Assembly: GCA_963726255.1 (NCBI GenBank)
Contig: CAVSBL010000002.1
Coordinates: forward strand, 2,112,001-2,176,000
Reading direction: 5' to 3'
Origin: Candidatus Bathyarchaeota archaeon
Lineage (GTDB): Archaea > Thermoproteota > Bathyarchaeia > 40CM-2-53-6
DNA length: 64,000 nt
In this document: positions 9,214-19,190 of the stretch, piece after piece
How the letters are laid out: every line of letters begins with the position of its first letter
How positions within the stretch are numbered: the stretch's first letter is position 1
Notes under the pieces: model-generated
Database searches by the model: none
The model's input: the letters and a program-made list of their open reading frames with translations, nothing else
Told to the model about the DNA's origin: nothing
Made by a program: the position numbers and the translations under genes

Positions 9214-11518
9214 AATCTCCGAGTCCCTTTTTCTCTCTAATGGCCTTGTAGACTCGTTCGGGCGTTGCAGGTAGTGTGAAAACACGTGCGCCGGTTGCGT
9301 CGTACAAGGCGTTGGCCACAACTGAACCCACGGGAATTATGCCGATTTCCCCAAGGCCCTTTGCCCCAAACGGTCCGATCTTCTCGTAGGTTTCTACTGG
9401 GTCCACTTCAATTTCTGGTATGTCGCAGATGGTCGGGATGATGTATGTGGTGAAGTTGTTCGTCCTTACCATGCCGTTTTCGATTTGCGTATCCTCAGTC
9501 AGCGCGAAGCCCAGCCCTTGGACTATTGCACCTTCACATTGTCCTGTGTAGGATTGTGGGTTGATGATCTTTCCCGAATCGGTTGAAAGGAAGAATTTGA
9601 GTACCTTCGTCGCACCGGTCAAGGTGTTTACTTCTACTAACGCTACTGCGCTGGCGTACATGTATGACCAGTGTGGGATCTCTAAGCTGCCTTTGACTGG
9701 TTTGTCGACCCGTGGGACATTGAATCCGGCTACGACCTTCGTCTCAAAGCCTGTTCGATGCATGTATTGAGCGATTTCTGCGTACGTGGCGGACTTCTTC
9801 GGGTTCTTTATCGAAACGACATGCGATCCTTTGAACCTTAGCTCTTCTTTGCGTTCGCCGAATATTTTGGCTGCGGTCTCCAGTAGCAAGTCATTCATTT
9901 TCGGTGCTGCTGCAAGGATGGCGTTGCTTCCCCGAACCAAGGCCATGGAAGCTGATGATGAGCCAGTGTCCGGGGCCAACAGCGTATCTGCTGAAGCAAT
10001 GTAGACGTCGCTAATGTCACAGTGTAGCGTTTCAGCTGCAATCTGAGAGTATGCGGTAACCGCTCCTTGCCCAATCTCCGGGCAGCTAATTCCAACAACG
10101 AACTTACCTGTCGGCGTGATCTGGATCGACGCAGCGCCAAAATCCGGCAACGCACCGAAACCAAAACCCTTGACGGCAGTGGTGACTGCGATGCCTCTTT
10201 TGCACCAGGGAGCGGACGGGGTTGATTTGTGCCGTTCCCTGTTTCTCCATACATCGGAACGCTCAGCTTTCTGGAGTGTTTCGTAAATTCCAATGCTTCC
10301 GAGTAGCTTGTAACCGAATGGCCCGATGTCGCCCTCGCGGAGAACGTTCTTCTTACGAATTTCGAGTCGGTCCATTCCAAGTTTTTCTGCAATGACGTCC
10401 AAGTTCGATTCTACCGCAAAGTTGACTTGTGGCGCGCCGAAACCGCGAAACGCTCCGGCGACGCCGTTGTTCGTGTAAACCAGGTAAGCGTCTATGTCGA
10501 TGTTCGGTATCCGGTATGGGCCGCAAGAGTTTTCGATCGCAACGTCTAACACGGTTGGGCCCAGTGACGCGTAGGCGCCGGTATCTGCAATTACTCGCAC
10601 TTGGTTGGCGACGATTCGGCCGCCTCTGTCGGCTGCAGTTTTCATAGTGACGGTCATTGGGTGTCGTTTGATGCCGGTAACTCCCGACTCTTCCCTAGTC
10701 CAGACCATCTTCACGGGGCGTTTTGTTTTCAACGCAAGCATCGCGAGGTGAATTTGGACCGTGTTCTCCTCTTTTCCGCCGAAAGCGCCGCCGACTGGTG
10801 TCGAAATGACTCTGACTTGTTCAGGCTTAATGCCGAGCGCCCTCGACACTTGCATTTGGTCTCTGTAGGGCGATTGCCCTCCTACGTAGAGGACAATGTT
10901 TCCTTTCTCATCGAGTATGCCGACGCCGGCTTCAATCTCGAGGAACATGTGCATCTGGCGGCCGGTTTGGTAAGTGTTCTCGACAACTACGGCGGCTTCG
11001 CGGAACGCTTTTTCAACATCGCCGACGCGCACCGTTGCGTGTCTTTGTATGTTGCCTTTCTCGTGGACTTTCGGCGCATCTGGCTTCATGGCTTCGAACG
11101 GGTCGGAAACGACGGGCAGTGGTTCATACTCAACCTCGACCAGTTGTGCTGCCCTTTCTGCTGCTTCCAAGGTTTCTGCAGCTATGACGGCGATTGCGTC
11201 TCCAAGGTACCTTACCTTGTCGTGGCAAAGGACGGGTTGGTCGGGTACGATGATGCCGAATCCGTTGACGCCGGGGACATCCTTGTGGGTGAGAACAGTC
11301 ACAACGCCTGGAATAGCCTCAGCCTTCTTTGTGTTGATTCCCTTGATCCGTGCGTGGGGATACCTACTTCGGGCGGCTTTAGCAAAGAGCATGTTCGGGA
11401 ATGACATGTCCGAAAAGAATTTTGTTTCCCCGGTGACTTTGCGTGCACCATCTTTTCGAGCGACTGATTTTCCAACCCACTCGAGCTTTTGCGTGCCAAC
11501 TGCTGCGGTTTCCGTCAC
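9191..11518 (-). CDS. xanthine dehydrogenase family molybdopterin-binding subunit (copy B)
   Basis: 775 aa; VRYLGDAIA, QMHMFLE, GGAFGGKE, GAFRGFGAPQ, EIGQG, AKGLGE. Confidence 0.95.
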   Translation of the reverse strand: MTETAAVGTQKLEWVGKSVARKDGARKVTGETKFFSDMSFPNMLFAKAARSRYPHARIKGINTKKAEAIPGVVTVLTHKDVPGVNGFGIIVPDQPVLCHDKVRYLGDAIAVIAAETLEAAERAAQLVEVEYEPLPVVSDPFEAMKPDAPKVHEKGNIQRHATVRVGDVEKAFREAAVVVENTYQTGRQMHMFLEIEAGVGILDEKGNIVLYVGGQSPYRDQMQVSRALGIKPEQVRVISTPVGGAFGGKEENTVQIHLAMLALKTKRPVKMVWTREESGVTGIKRHPMTVTMKTAADRGGRIVANQVRVIADTGAYASLGPTVLDVAIENSCGPYRIPNIDIDAYLVYTNNGVAGAFRGFGAPQVNFAVESNLDVIAEKLGMDRLEIRKKNVLREGDIGPFGYKLLGSIGIYETLQKAERSDVWRNRERHKSTPSAPWCKRGIAVTTAVKGFGFGALPDFGAASIQITPTGKFVVGISCPEIGQGAVTAYSQIAAETLHCDISDVYIASADTLLAPDTGSSSASMALVRGSNAILAAAPKMNDLLLETAAKIFGERKEELRFKGSHVVSIKNPKKSATYAEIAQYMHRTGFETKVVAGFNVPRVDKPVKGSLEIPHWSYMYASAVALVEVNTLTGATKVLKFFLSTDSGKIINPQSYTGQCEGAIVQGLGFALTEDTQIENGMVRTNNFTTYIIPTICDIPEIEVDPVETYEKIGPFGAKGLGEIGIIPVGSVVANALYDATGARVFTLPATPERVYKAIREKKGLGDFASESQS

Positions 11519-11523
11519 TGCAG

Positions 11524-11763
11524 TTAACCTCCTGCTATTGGCGGAACAACTAGGATTTCATCGCCGTCTTTGAGTTTCGTTGATGGTTTGAGCCTAATGC
11601 CTTCTCGTACGATGTATAGGTAGTCTCTGTCCTTGACTGGTATGGATTTGAGCAAATCTTCGGTCGTCGCTTCCTCACATAACTCAAGCATCAGTTCATT
11701 GCTCTCAAGTGCGAGCATGGGCGCGCCGAAGATTTTGACTCGAACACGGACAGGATTACCCAC
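11524..11763 (-). CDS. MoaD/ThiS/SAMP family ubiquitin-like protein (second copy)
   Basis: VRVRVKIFG...LKDGDEILVVPPIAGG with C-terminal GG. GTG start at 11763 inferred. Confidence 0.88.
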   Translation of the reverse strand: MGNPVRVRVKIFGAPMLALESNELMLELCEEATTEDLLKSIPVKDRDYLYIVREGIRLKPSTKLKDGDEILVVPPIAGG

Positions 11764-12640
11764 CGGCTTTCCTCCTTCCGTGCAACGCTTCATAGAGCGC
11801 CTGGTAAACTAATGAAACAACCATATTCTTCCTATACTCTGCCGAACCACGAATATCATCTATCGGCGTCGCATCTTCAGCGGCGAACGTTGCGGCTTCC
11901 CGCAGGATCTTCTCATTCAACGGCTTATGCTCCAATGCCTTCTCGCTTTTGCGAGCGCGTGTTATTACTGGGGTAACGGCCCCTAACGCGACTCTAGCTT
12001 CAGTAAATGAGTCATTGGCGCTTCTGTCTCGAAGTACGGCAGCCACGTCAACGATCGAAATTGCATTTGCTTCCCTAAGGCCGAGTTTTAGGTAGGCTCC
12101 GCGGTCATTCGAATTCATTGGTTTGAAGTGGACTTCTTCAATCAGCTCGTCAGGCCTCAATGCGGTCTTTCTGTAGGAGACGAAGAATTGTTCGATGGGT
12201 GTTTCGCGTCGGCCGGCTTTGCTTCTGATAACGACATAAGCATCCAGAGCGTATAATGGGGGGAGGGAGTCTCCTGCCGGTGAAGCATTCCCAAGGTTTC
12301 CACCTAACGTCGCTGTGTTCTGGAGTTGAACCGCACCAATCTGCTTGGCCGCGGAAACAAGAACCCAAGCATGTTCCCTCATCAGCTGGGAATTAGTGAT
12401 GTCGCTGTACGTTGTTAGGGAACCTATGTGAAGCTGATCGTCCTTTTCCCGGATGTATCTCAGTTCCTTCAGACATAGTATGTTCAGAAGTCTTTCGGCT
12501 TTCATGGCGCCGTCTCGGAGTTGCACAACTACGTCTGATCCGCCAGCAACAATTCTGAGCCCTGCTTGCCTTTGCTGAAGTATACTGAGTGCTTCATCTA
12601 ACGTCTGTGGAGTCAGTACATCAATTTCAGATCGCATCAT
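11756..12640 (-). CDS. FAD-binding subunit (CoxM/XdhB-type), copy B
   Basis: AGGSDV, IGSLTT, ATLGGNLGNASPAGD, PIDDIRGSAEYR. Confidence 0.95.
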   Translation of the reverse strand: MMRSEIDVLTPQTLDEALSILQQRQAGLRIVAGGSDVVVQLRDGAMKAERLLNILCLKELRYIREKDDQLHIGSLTTYSDITNSQLMREHAWVLVSAAKQIGAVQLQNTATLGGNLGNASPAGDSLPPLYALDAYVVIRSKAGRRETPIEQFFVSYRKTALRPDELIEEVHFKPMNSNDRGAYLKLGLREANAISIVDVAAVLRDRSANDSFTEARVALGAVTPVITRARKSEKALEHKPLNEKILREAATFAAEDATPIDDIRGSAEYRKNMVVSLVYQALYEALHGRRKAGG

Positions 12641-12644
12641 GAGC

Positions 12645-13121
12645 TCAATGGCTCCAATTCTTTGCGGCTTCCTGAACGGCGGCGATTATCTTAGTGTAGC
12701 CAGTGCATCTGCATAAGTTACCTGAGAGGGCGGTGCGGATTTCTTCGACAGAGGGCTTCTGGTTACGCATTAGGAGTGCTGAGGCTGAGACGATCATGCC
12801 CGGAATACAATGGCCGCACTGGACGGCTCCTTCCTTGAGAAAAGCTTCCTGAACGGGGTTCAATCTCCCGTCCTTCAACAGTCCTTCTGACGTAATGATC
12901 TCAGAGCCCTGCGCCTGTGAAACCAGCACGAGGCAAGAACAGACGGGTTGGCCGTTCATCAATACTGTGCAGGCGCCGCATTCGCCCTTGGCGCAATCTT
13001 CCTTTGGTCCCGTTACGTGAAGCTGCTCGCGGAGGACTTCAAGCAAGGTGTAGGCAGGGGGGGTGTTCACCGTTACCTGTTGCCCGTTGAGCTTGAAACT
13101 AACAGCACGTTCAATACGCAT
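12645..13121 (-). CDS. 2Fe-2S subunit, copy B
   Basis: KEDCAKGECGACTVL, CSC, QCGHC, GNLCRCTGY. Confidence 0.95.
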   Translation of the reverse strand: MRIERAVSFKLNGQQVTVNTPPAYTLLEVLREQLHVTGPKEDCAKGECGACTVLMNGQPVCSCLVLVSQAQGSEIITSEGLLKDGRLNPVQEAFLKEGAVQCGHCIPGMIVSASALLMRNQKPSVEEIRTALSGNLCRCTGYTKIIAAVQEAAKNWSH

Positions 13122-13384
13122 TCAACCTGACACCTCTGCCCTTGCACCGGATGAAGTCCGAGTAATCGCGACCCCTGAAAGAGTTCCGATAGCCCATTCT
13201 TAACCGTTCATGAGTTATGGTGCGGGACAGACATGTTCACGTAGAAACACCGTACTCTAGAGTGTACTTCGAAAGTCAGGTTCAAGACGAGACCACTCAT
13301 CCCGTATCGATTGTACCTCGAGAGTGAAATCAGAAGTTTCACATATGCAATGCTATTCTTCAACGAGGGGGTATTATTCGAACC

Positions 13385-14383
13385 ATGAAACGGGTGGCAC
13401 TCTACCTTCAAGACAAGCATCAGGTTCGCGAGGAAATGAAGCTCGCGCAATACGCTGAGCAGAAACGCTTCGAGGCTGTGTGGCATGCTGAATCTCGCCT
13501 CGCCCGCGACGCCTTCACGCCCTTAGCCGCGATGGCAGCGGTCACGGAGAGAATCAAGCTAGGCACAGGCGTCATCAATAACTGGACTCGAAACGTTGCA
13601 CTGACCGCCGCTTCTTTTCTAACGCTCGATGAATTATCGAACGGCCGCTTCTTACTCGGGATCGGTGCCTGGTGGGACCCGCTCGCTTGGAAGGTTGGAA
13701 TAGAGCGGAAGAAGCCGCTGAAAGCCATGCGTGAGTACGTCACAGTTCTCCAACGTCTATTCAAAATGGAGAACGTCACCTTTGAAGGCGAATTCGTGAA
13801 CGTTCGGGACATACGGTTAGATGTCGTCTACGGCGACCCTTCGACTCCGCGCAAAATTCCCATCTACATTGGGGCAACCGGCTGGGAGATGATTGAGTTG
13901 ACCGGGGAAATAGCAGACGGCCTGCTTCTGAATTATCTCGTATCTCCTGAGTACAACCGCAAAGCCTTGGAACATCTGAGGGAGGGCGCAAAGAAAGCAA
14001 AGAGGAAGTGGGAGGACATCGATAGACCTCAGCTTGTGGTGTGTTCGTTGGACGAAGATGCTGACAGAGCGCTTGACAGTGCACGTCCCTTGGTAGCGCA
14101 ATATCTAGGGCAGCAGCCTCACATCGCAAAGGCCAGCGGAGTAAAGGATTCCTTGATTGAAGAAGTGAAGACGGCACTAGGAGGGTGGCCCGCAAAACCA
14201 GGAGGCTTGGAGAAAGCGAAAGCACTGATAGATGACAAACTCGTCCAACTAATCACGGCCAGCGGGACCGCTAACGATTGCATGAAGAAAGTTGAGGAAT
14301 ACAATAAGACGGGCTGCACATGCCCTGTACTCTACCCGCTCGCGGACGATGTTGAAGCTATGATTGACGCGTTCGAACCCTAG
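13385..14383 (+). CDS. LLM-class, Mer-like (probably F420-dependent) reductase
   Basis: [48 protein letters not shown]...GEIADG; divergent from the Mo-enzyme operon. Confidence 0.9.
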   Translation: MKRVALYLQDKHQVREEMKLAQYAEQKRFEAVWHAESRLARDAFTPLAAMAAVTERIKLGTGVINNWTRNVALTAASFLTLDELSNGRFLLGIGAWWDPLAWKVGIERKKPLKAMREYVTVLQRLFKMENVTFEGEFVNVRDIRLDVVYGDPSTPRKIPIYIGATGWEMIELTGEIADGLLLNYLVSPEYNRKALEHLREGAKKAKRKWEDIDRPQLVVCSLDEDADRALDSARPLVAQYLGQQPHIAKASGVKDSLIEEVKTALGGWPAKPGGLEKAKALIDDKLVQLITASGTANDCMKKVEEYNKTGCTCPVLYPLADDVEAMIDAFEP

Positions 14384-14409
14384 TTCGACAGTAAGACGTG
14401 AGTTTCGGT

Positions 14410-16218
14410 TTACTCGATGATTGGGTTCACGAATTTGAAATTTACAGTGTCGAGTAGTCCCTTATCGGTGATTCTGAGTTCCGGGATTACGGAGAGTGTC
14501 GTGAACGCGAGCGTTATGTAAGGGGAAGGAAGCGTGCTGCCGAGTTTGCTCCAAGCATCCTTGAGCGCGTAGACCTGCTCCGAGACGACCTCCACTGATT
14601 TGTCTGACATGAGGCCTGCGATGGGAAGCGGTACCTGGGCTATCACTTTCCGATCCTTCACTGCAACCATTCCCCCACTGCTTTCGATCACTGCGTTAGC
14701 CGCAAAGATCATGTCGGGTTCATTTGCCCCTGCGACGACGAGGTTGTGGCAATCATGTCCCACTGTGGACGCGACTGCTCCCTCCTTGACTTCTAGGCCT
14801 TTGACGAAGCCGAGACCTACGTTACCAGAGGCCTTATGACGTTCAAAGACGGCTATCTTTAGGACGTCGTCGTCGGGGTTGGCTGAGGCTTTCCCATCCT
14901 TTGTTGGTACATCCTCCTCCAAATTGCGTGTGTAAATGCTATTTGGCATGACGCCAATCGCCCGAACCTTTACCGTACCGTTGGCCGCCTTCGTTCGAAT
15001 CATTACGTCGTCTATTGTCGGCCGCGTTTTGATTCGGATGGAGTTTTTCACGGAATCAGGGAAATTCGGCCGGGGGAATATTGAAACTAATTTGCCGTTT
15101 TGGTAGACAACTCTTCCGTCAGCTATTACTGTGCTTACGGCTACTTTGTTCAAGTCATCAAGGATTGCCATATCCGCATGGCGTGCGGGGGCTATGCTCC
15201 CAAGTTCTCTAGCGCACTCATAATGCTCGGCGACGTTCAGGGTGGCCATCTGTATTGCTTCGACGGGGTCGACGCCTTCTTGGATTGCTCGTCTCACAAC
15301 GTGGTCAACGTGGCCCTCCTCCCGAAGTGAATTGGGCTCACGGTCGTCGGTTACCAAGCAGACATGTCGCGAGTCCAATTTGTCCTCGGTAACTGATTGT
15401 ATGGTGTCAGCTACATCTCGAGACGCTGATGCCTCTCTGAGCATAGCGTAGATGCCATAGCGTAGTTTCTGGATTGCCTCAATTTTCTTTGTTGATTCGT
15501 GGCAGGAGGTTATCCCCGCAGCCGCGTAGGCCGCCAATTCTCTTCCCAATAAATTCACAGCGTGGCCTTCTACAACGCGCCCCGCACGAAGGGTGGCGGC
15601 TATTTCCCCGTGGACCTGTAGGTCGCCCGCGAGCACGGCCGGATAATTCATCATCTCCCCCAAAGCCACAACGCCTTCCCAACCTAATGCTTCCTCGACC
15701 TCTTTGGGCCCAATCGTGGCGCCATTAGTTTCGAAACCAGGTGCCGCGGGGACGCAGGAGGGGAACGTAACAAGAACTTTGAGTGGCAGGCCATGAGCTT
15801 CTGTGAGGAAGAACCGAACGCCCTCTAAGCCAAGGACATTCGCAATTTCATGCGGGTCGATGAACACCGTTGTTGTCCCATGGGGCATCACCGTCTTTGC
15901 AAACTCGGTGGCTGTGACCATTGCGCTCTCGATGTGGACGTGGCCGTCAATTAATCCAGGGATTACATGTCTTCCCTCAGCATCGATTACCTTGGTAGAA
16001 GTGCCAATCGTGGCCTGCGCGTTTCCTACCAGTGCTATGCGGTCGTCCCTCACTGCGATATCCTGATTCTCAAGGATTTCTCCCGAATTGACATTCACTA
16101 ATGAAGAATTTCGTATGACCAGGTCAGCCTTCTCGCGCCCCATCGCCACGTCTACGAGTTCCCTTGTCACGTCTGCGAGGCGAGTCCGTCCTGGAACATT
16201 GAACAATGCGCCGTCCAC
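14410..16218 (-). CDS. ade: adenine deaminase
   Basis: 602 aa; PGLIDGHVHIES, DPHEIANV, PSCVPA, LGEMMN, CHES, LVTDD, HDCHN. Confidence 0.95.
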   Translation of the reverse strand: MDGALFNVPGRTRLADVTRELVDVAMGREKADLVIRNSSLVNVNSGEILENQDIAVRDDRIALVGNAQATIGTSTKVIDAEGRHVIPGLIDGHVHIESAMVTATEFAKTVMPHGTTTVFIDPHEIANVLGLEGVRFFLTEAHGLPLKVLVTFPSCVPAAPGFETNGATIGPKEVEEALGWEGVVALGEMMNYPAVLAGDLQVHGEIAATLRAGRVVEGHAVNLLGRELAAYAAAGITSCHESTKKIEAIQKLRYGIYAMLREASASRDVADTIQSVTEDKLDSRHVCLVTDDREPNSLREEGHVDHVVRRAIQEGVDPVEAIQMATLNVAEHYECARELGSIAPARHADMAILDDLNKVAVSTVIADGRVVYQNGKLVSIFPRPNFPDSVKNSIRIKTRPTIDDVMIRTKAANGTVKVRAIGVMPNSIYTRNLEEDVPTKDGKASANPDDDVLKIAVFERHKASGNVGLGFVKGLEVKEGAVASTVGHDCHNLVVAGANEPDMIFAANAVIESSGGMVAVKDRKVIAQVPLPIAGLMSDKSVEVVSEQVYALKDAWSKLGSTLPSPYITLAFTTLSVIPELRITDKGLLDTVNFKFVNPIIE

Positions 16219-16402
16219 CCGCGAGATACGAATTCCAATGATACTTAATGAATGCTCTGATACTAACCGGCCTTCATGAAAATGTGAGCGCCCAGTTCAA
16301 TCCATGGCCACGTTTGCCAAATCGTCTTACTCGAGTTGGAATTCCGAGAGATAAATTCTAGTACTATCCAACGTACCTACCCGTTATCGAAGATGCGTAG
16401 AG

Positions 16403-17371
16403 TTGCCGGACAAGAAGTTTACGAAGATATTCTTCGCAACTGACCTACACGGTTCGAGTCGTTGTTACGAGAAGTTGCTGAGCGCGGCCAAATTCTACAA
16501 GGTGGACGTTCTGGTTCTCGGGGGAGATCTAACTGGCAAGATGCTTGTACCGATTGTCGACCTCGAGGATGGGACGTTCAAAGCGGACTATATCGGCGGA
16601 AGAACTGCGAGGGGAGCCGACGAGGTGAAGGCTTTGGAGAAGGAAATTACTGACAGCGGTTATTACTACTACCACTGTGGGAAAGCAGAGATGGAGGAGC
16701 TCAAAGCATCCAAGGAGAAAGTAGACAAACTCTTCATGACAACCATGAAGGAGACATTGATGAAGTGGGTTGACCGTGCTGAACCATTCCTCGCCGACCT
16801 AGGTGTGACTTGTTACTTAACGGGCGGAAACGACGACTATCAAGAAATCGTAGACGCCGTGCACGATACGCCTCATGTGAAGAATGCTGATAACAAAGTT
16901 ATGAAAATAGACGAACTCCATGAAATGGTGAACTTGGGATGGAGCAATCCAACCCCTTGGAAATGCCCGCGAGATCATAGCGAGGAAGATCTTGAAGCTG
17001 CAACAGAGAAACTAGTCTCTTCTGTAGCCAATTTGGAGAATTGTGTATTCAACGTACACGTACCTCCGGCAAACTGCGGGCTTGATACATGTCCGAAATT
17101 GGACGATTCGGTATTCCCGCCGAAGCCTGTTTTTGATAAGGGGCAGGCCGTTATGATCGGCGCGGGAAGTACTGCGATTCGGCGTGAAGTCGAAAAGCAT
17201 CAGCCGCTTGTTCACCTGTGCGGTCATATCCATGAGTCGAGGGGTACGACTAAGATTGGAAAAACACTCGTGGTTAACCCGGGCAGCGAATATCCTGAAG
17301 GGGTACTCAGAGGTGCGATTGTGAACGTGGGGGACAAAAAAGTGGTTAGCTGGCAGCTTACGTCCGGGTAA
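16403..17371 (+). CDS. calcineurin-like metallophosphoesterase (Icc/TT1561-related)
   Basis: Motifs TDLHG, GGDL, GGNDD, HVPP, CGHIHE, NPGS. Confidence 0.9.
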   Translation: MPDKKFTKIFFATDLHGSSRCYEKLLSAAKFYKVDVLVLGGDLTGKMLVPIVDLEDGTFKADYIGGRTARGADEVKALEKEITDSGYYYYHCGKAEMEELKASKEKVDKLFMTTMKETLMKWVDRAEPFLADLGVTCYLTGGNDDYQEIVDAVHDTPHVKNADNKVMKIDELHEMVNLGWSNPTPWKCPRDHSEEDLEAATEKLVSSVANLENCVFNVHVPPANCGLDTCPKLDDSVFPPKPVFDKGQAVMIGAGSTAIRREVEKHQPLVHLCGHIHESRGTTKIGKTLVVNPGSEYPEGVLRGAIVNVGDKKVVSWQLTSG

Positions 17372-17487
17372 TGTACGGTGGGTTAGGGATTTGGCCCCGG
17401 TAACAGCGTGTACACCGGCGTAACTTGGTCCGTATTGCCGCGTTTTCGTTTCGGGGCTCGTTCAGTCAGTATTCTGCTGTAAAGGGA

Positions 17488-19035
17488 CTACAGCGGGGGC
17501 AATTCCTTGTACGCTAGCGATATGTCGATGCCACGCTTGCCGTAGTAAGATTTCGAAATTGCATAGATTATGATGCCGCCGATGAAACTGCCCACAACCC
17601 AACCATAGGCGATCGGGTTTCCTCCCCATATTCCAGGGAAGGCTAGGAACTGGTACGTAATGTACACGAACACTATTGTCATTAGGGCTCCGGAAGTTGC
17701 CAGAAGAGCCTTGGATCCACCCTTCTCGTTCTTGAAGGCGTAGAGCACGGCGGCGATTCCAACGAAGATGAAGTAAATCATTGCTGCGACGACTGCTCCA
17801 AAGAGTGCAACCAAGGTACCGTAGAAGAACGAAGCTAACCCAATCAAGACTAGGGTTCCTACGAGTTCAATCAGTAATGCTACTACGGGTGAACTGTACT
17901 TCGGGCTGACGTAAGCTACCTTCTCGGGTAGGAATCGGTCGAAGGATTGGGCGAAGAGGTAACGGGATAGGACGATGATTCCATAAGCAAGGATGGCGAC
18001 GTTCCAGAGAATCCATCCCAAGCCGATAAACCATGACACTGCTGGAATGCTAGAGACGCCCATTGCAAGCGTCCAGAAGTTGAAAGTCCAATCGTATACT
18101 AGATTCGGATTACTTAACGCGCCATTTACGAAATTGAAACCACCCGCGTAGTACATGCTTGCGAACGCCGTGGTGACGACTATAAGAGTTACAACTGAAG
18201 AAATCACCACGTTATACCGGAGAGCGCCTTTACCCTTAATCTCGGAGGCAACGGCAGGTCCAGCGTTTATCCACGGATAGACGAAGATTGCAAAGAATGG
18301 CAACATGAAGATTGTTGCTCCCAGATCGAACGTTGGAGAATTGGCCGGCAACGAAGCCGACTCATACGTGGCCTTCGCGCCGATGGAATCGAGAAAACTC
18401 ATGTAGCCTTGGACGCCAGACGTGCCTGCGCCCAAGATTGTGAAAATTCCGACGAAGGTAGCCGCTATCGCGATTATCACTGCGATCGCAACTATCTTGT
18501 AACCAGCCTTTGGCTTTAGGATATTGACAGCTATGAGGACAGCGAAGATTGCCGCGGCAATCACAAATTGCCCCACGAGATCGGCTCCAGGAATATTCCC
18601 TGGCAGCGCCAAGCTTAGCATGTTCTCATACCCAAGTGAAAGCCCAACCGAACCAATCGAGACAACCGCTGCCAACGCAATCAGAGCCAGATAGGCCATC
18701 GTCTCAAGAGTGTAACCCATGAACGAAAGCGCTCCCCCAAAGAATCCACCGTACACTCGTGAGGCCCACACGTAATCTCCGCCAGTACGACTAATTCGCG
18801 TTGTCATCATCGTATAGACGATGATCTGCGGGATTGATAGAACCCAAGCGAGTATGGAGCCATACACCAAGTTGACTCCTGATGTCGATGAGAGTAACAC
18901 CATTGTGTATCCGATAATTCCGAGGGCTGCTCCTCCTGACATGTTGCTCAAATTCAGACCAACAACATCCAAGAAGGAGACGTCTCGGCGCAGCCCTGAA
19001 GCCTTTCTAACAAACGCCACAGGTTGGCTTGTCAT
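17488..19035 (-). CDS. APC family amino acid/amine permease
   Basis: About 12 TM; FVRKASGL.R, RTGGDYVW.SR, SEIK, SRYLFAQSFDR.LP, YKELPP. ATG at 19035 preferred to the ORF-track start at 19170. Confidence 0.92.
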   Translation of the reverse strand: MTSQPVAFVRKASGLRRDVSFLDVVGLNLSNMSGGAALGIIGYTMVLLSSTSGVNLVYGSILAWVLSIPQIIVYTMMTTRISRTGGDYVWASRVYGGFFGGALSFMGYTLETMAYLALIALAAVVSIGSVGLSLGYENMLSLALPGNIPGADLVGQFVIAAAIFAVLIAVNILKPKAGYKIVAIAVIIAIAATFVGIFTILGAGTSGVQGYMSFLDSIGAKATYESASLPANSPTFDLGATIFMLPFFAIFVYPWINAGPAVASEIKGKGALRYNVVISSVVTLIVVTTAFASMYYAGGFNFVNGALSNPNLVYDWTFNFWTLAMGVSSIPAVSWFIGLGWILWNVAILAYGIIVLSRYLFAQSFDRFLPEKVAYVSPKYSSPVVALLIELVGTLVLIGLASFFYGTLVALFGAVVAAMIYFIFVGIAAVLYAFKNEKGGSKALLATSGALMTIVFVYITYQFLAFPGIWGGNPIAYGWVVGSFIGGIIIYAISKSYYGKRGIDISLAYKELPPL

Positions 19036-19190
19036 GGGCGGAAGACCTGTCGACCACAAATTTAACACCTTCGAAGGGATGTTCTTAATCCGATACGCGG
19101 CCTCGCTGAGCCAACGGCATACGACTACGATTTTTCTCATCGTAACATGGTAATCAACACAAAGTTTCATTTAGCGGGGGGCTGACGGTC

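Noticed and set aside
10601-11573. Long antisense ORFs (267 aa and 199 aa; similarly 4485-5180 and 55037-55516)
   Set aside because: They are shadow frames of well-supported genes on the opposite strand and have no recognisable motifs.
11756-11775. FAD subunit B ends in KAGG, like a ubiquitin-like C-terminus
   Set aside because: There is no beta-grasp domain, and these codons overlap the start of the next gene, so the GG is probably incidental.
5239-13121. Aerobic CO dehydrogenase (coxLMS)
   Set aside because: The active-site loops read GSFRGFG and GAFRGFG, not AYxCSFR (form I) or AYRGAGR (form II).
17372-17487. GC-paired intergenic segment (gccccg...cggggc) as a possible tRNA or ncRNA
   Set aside because: No cloverleaf or T-loop GTTCRA; more likely terminator-region structure between convergent genes.
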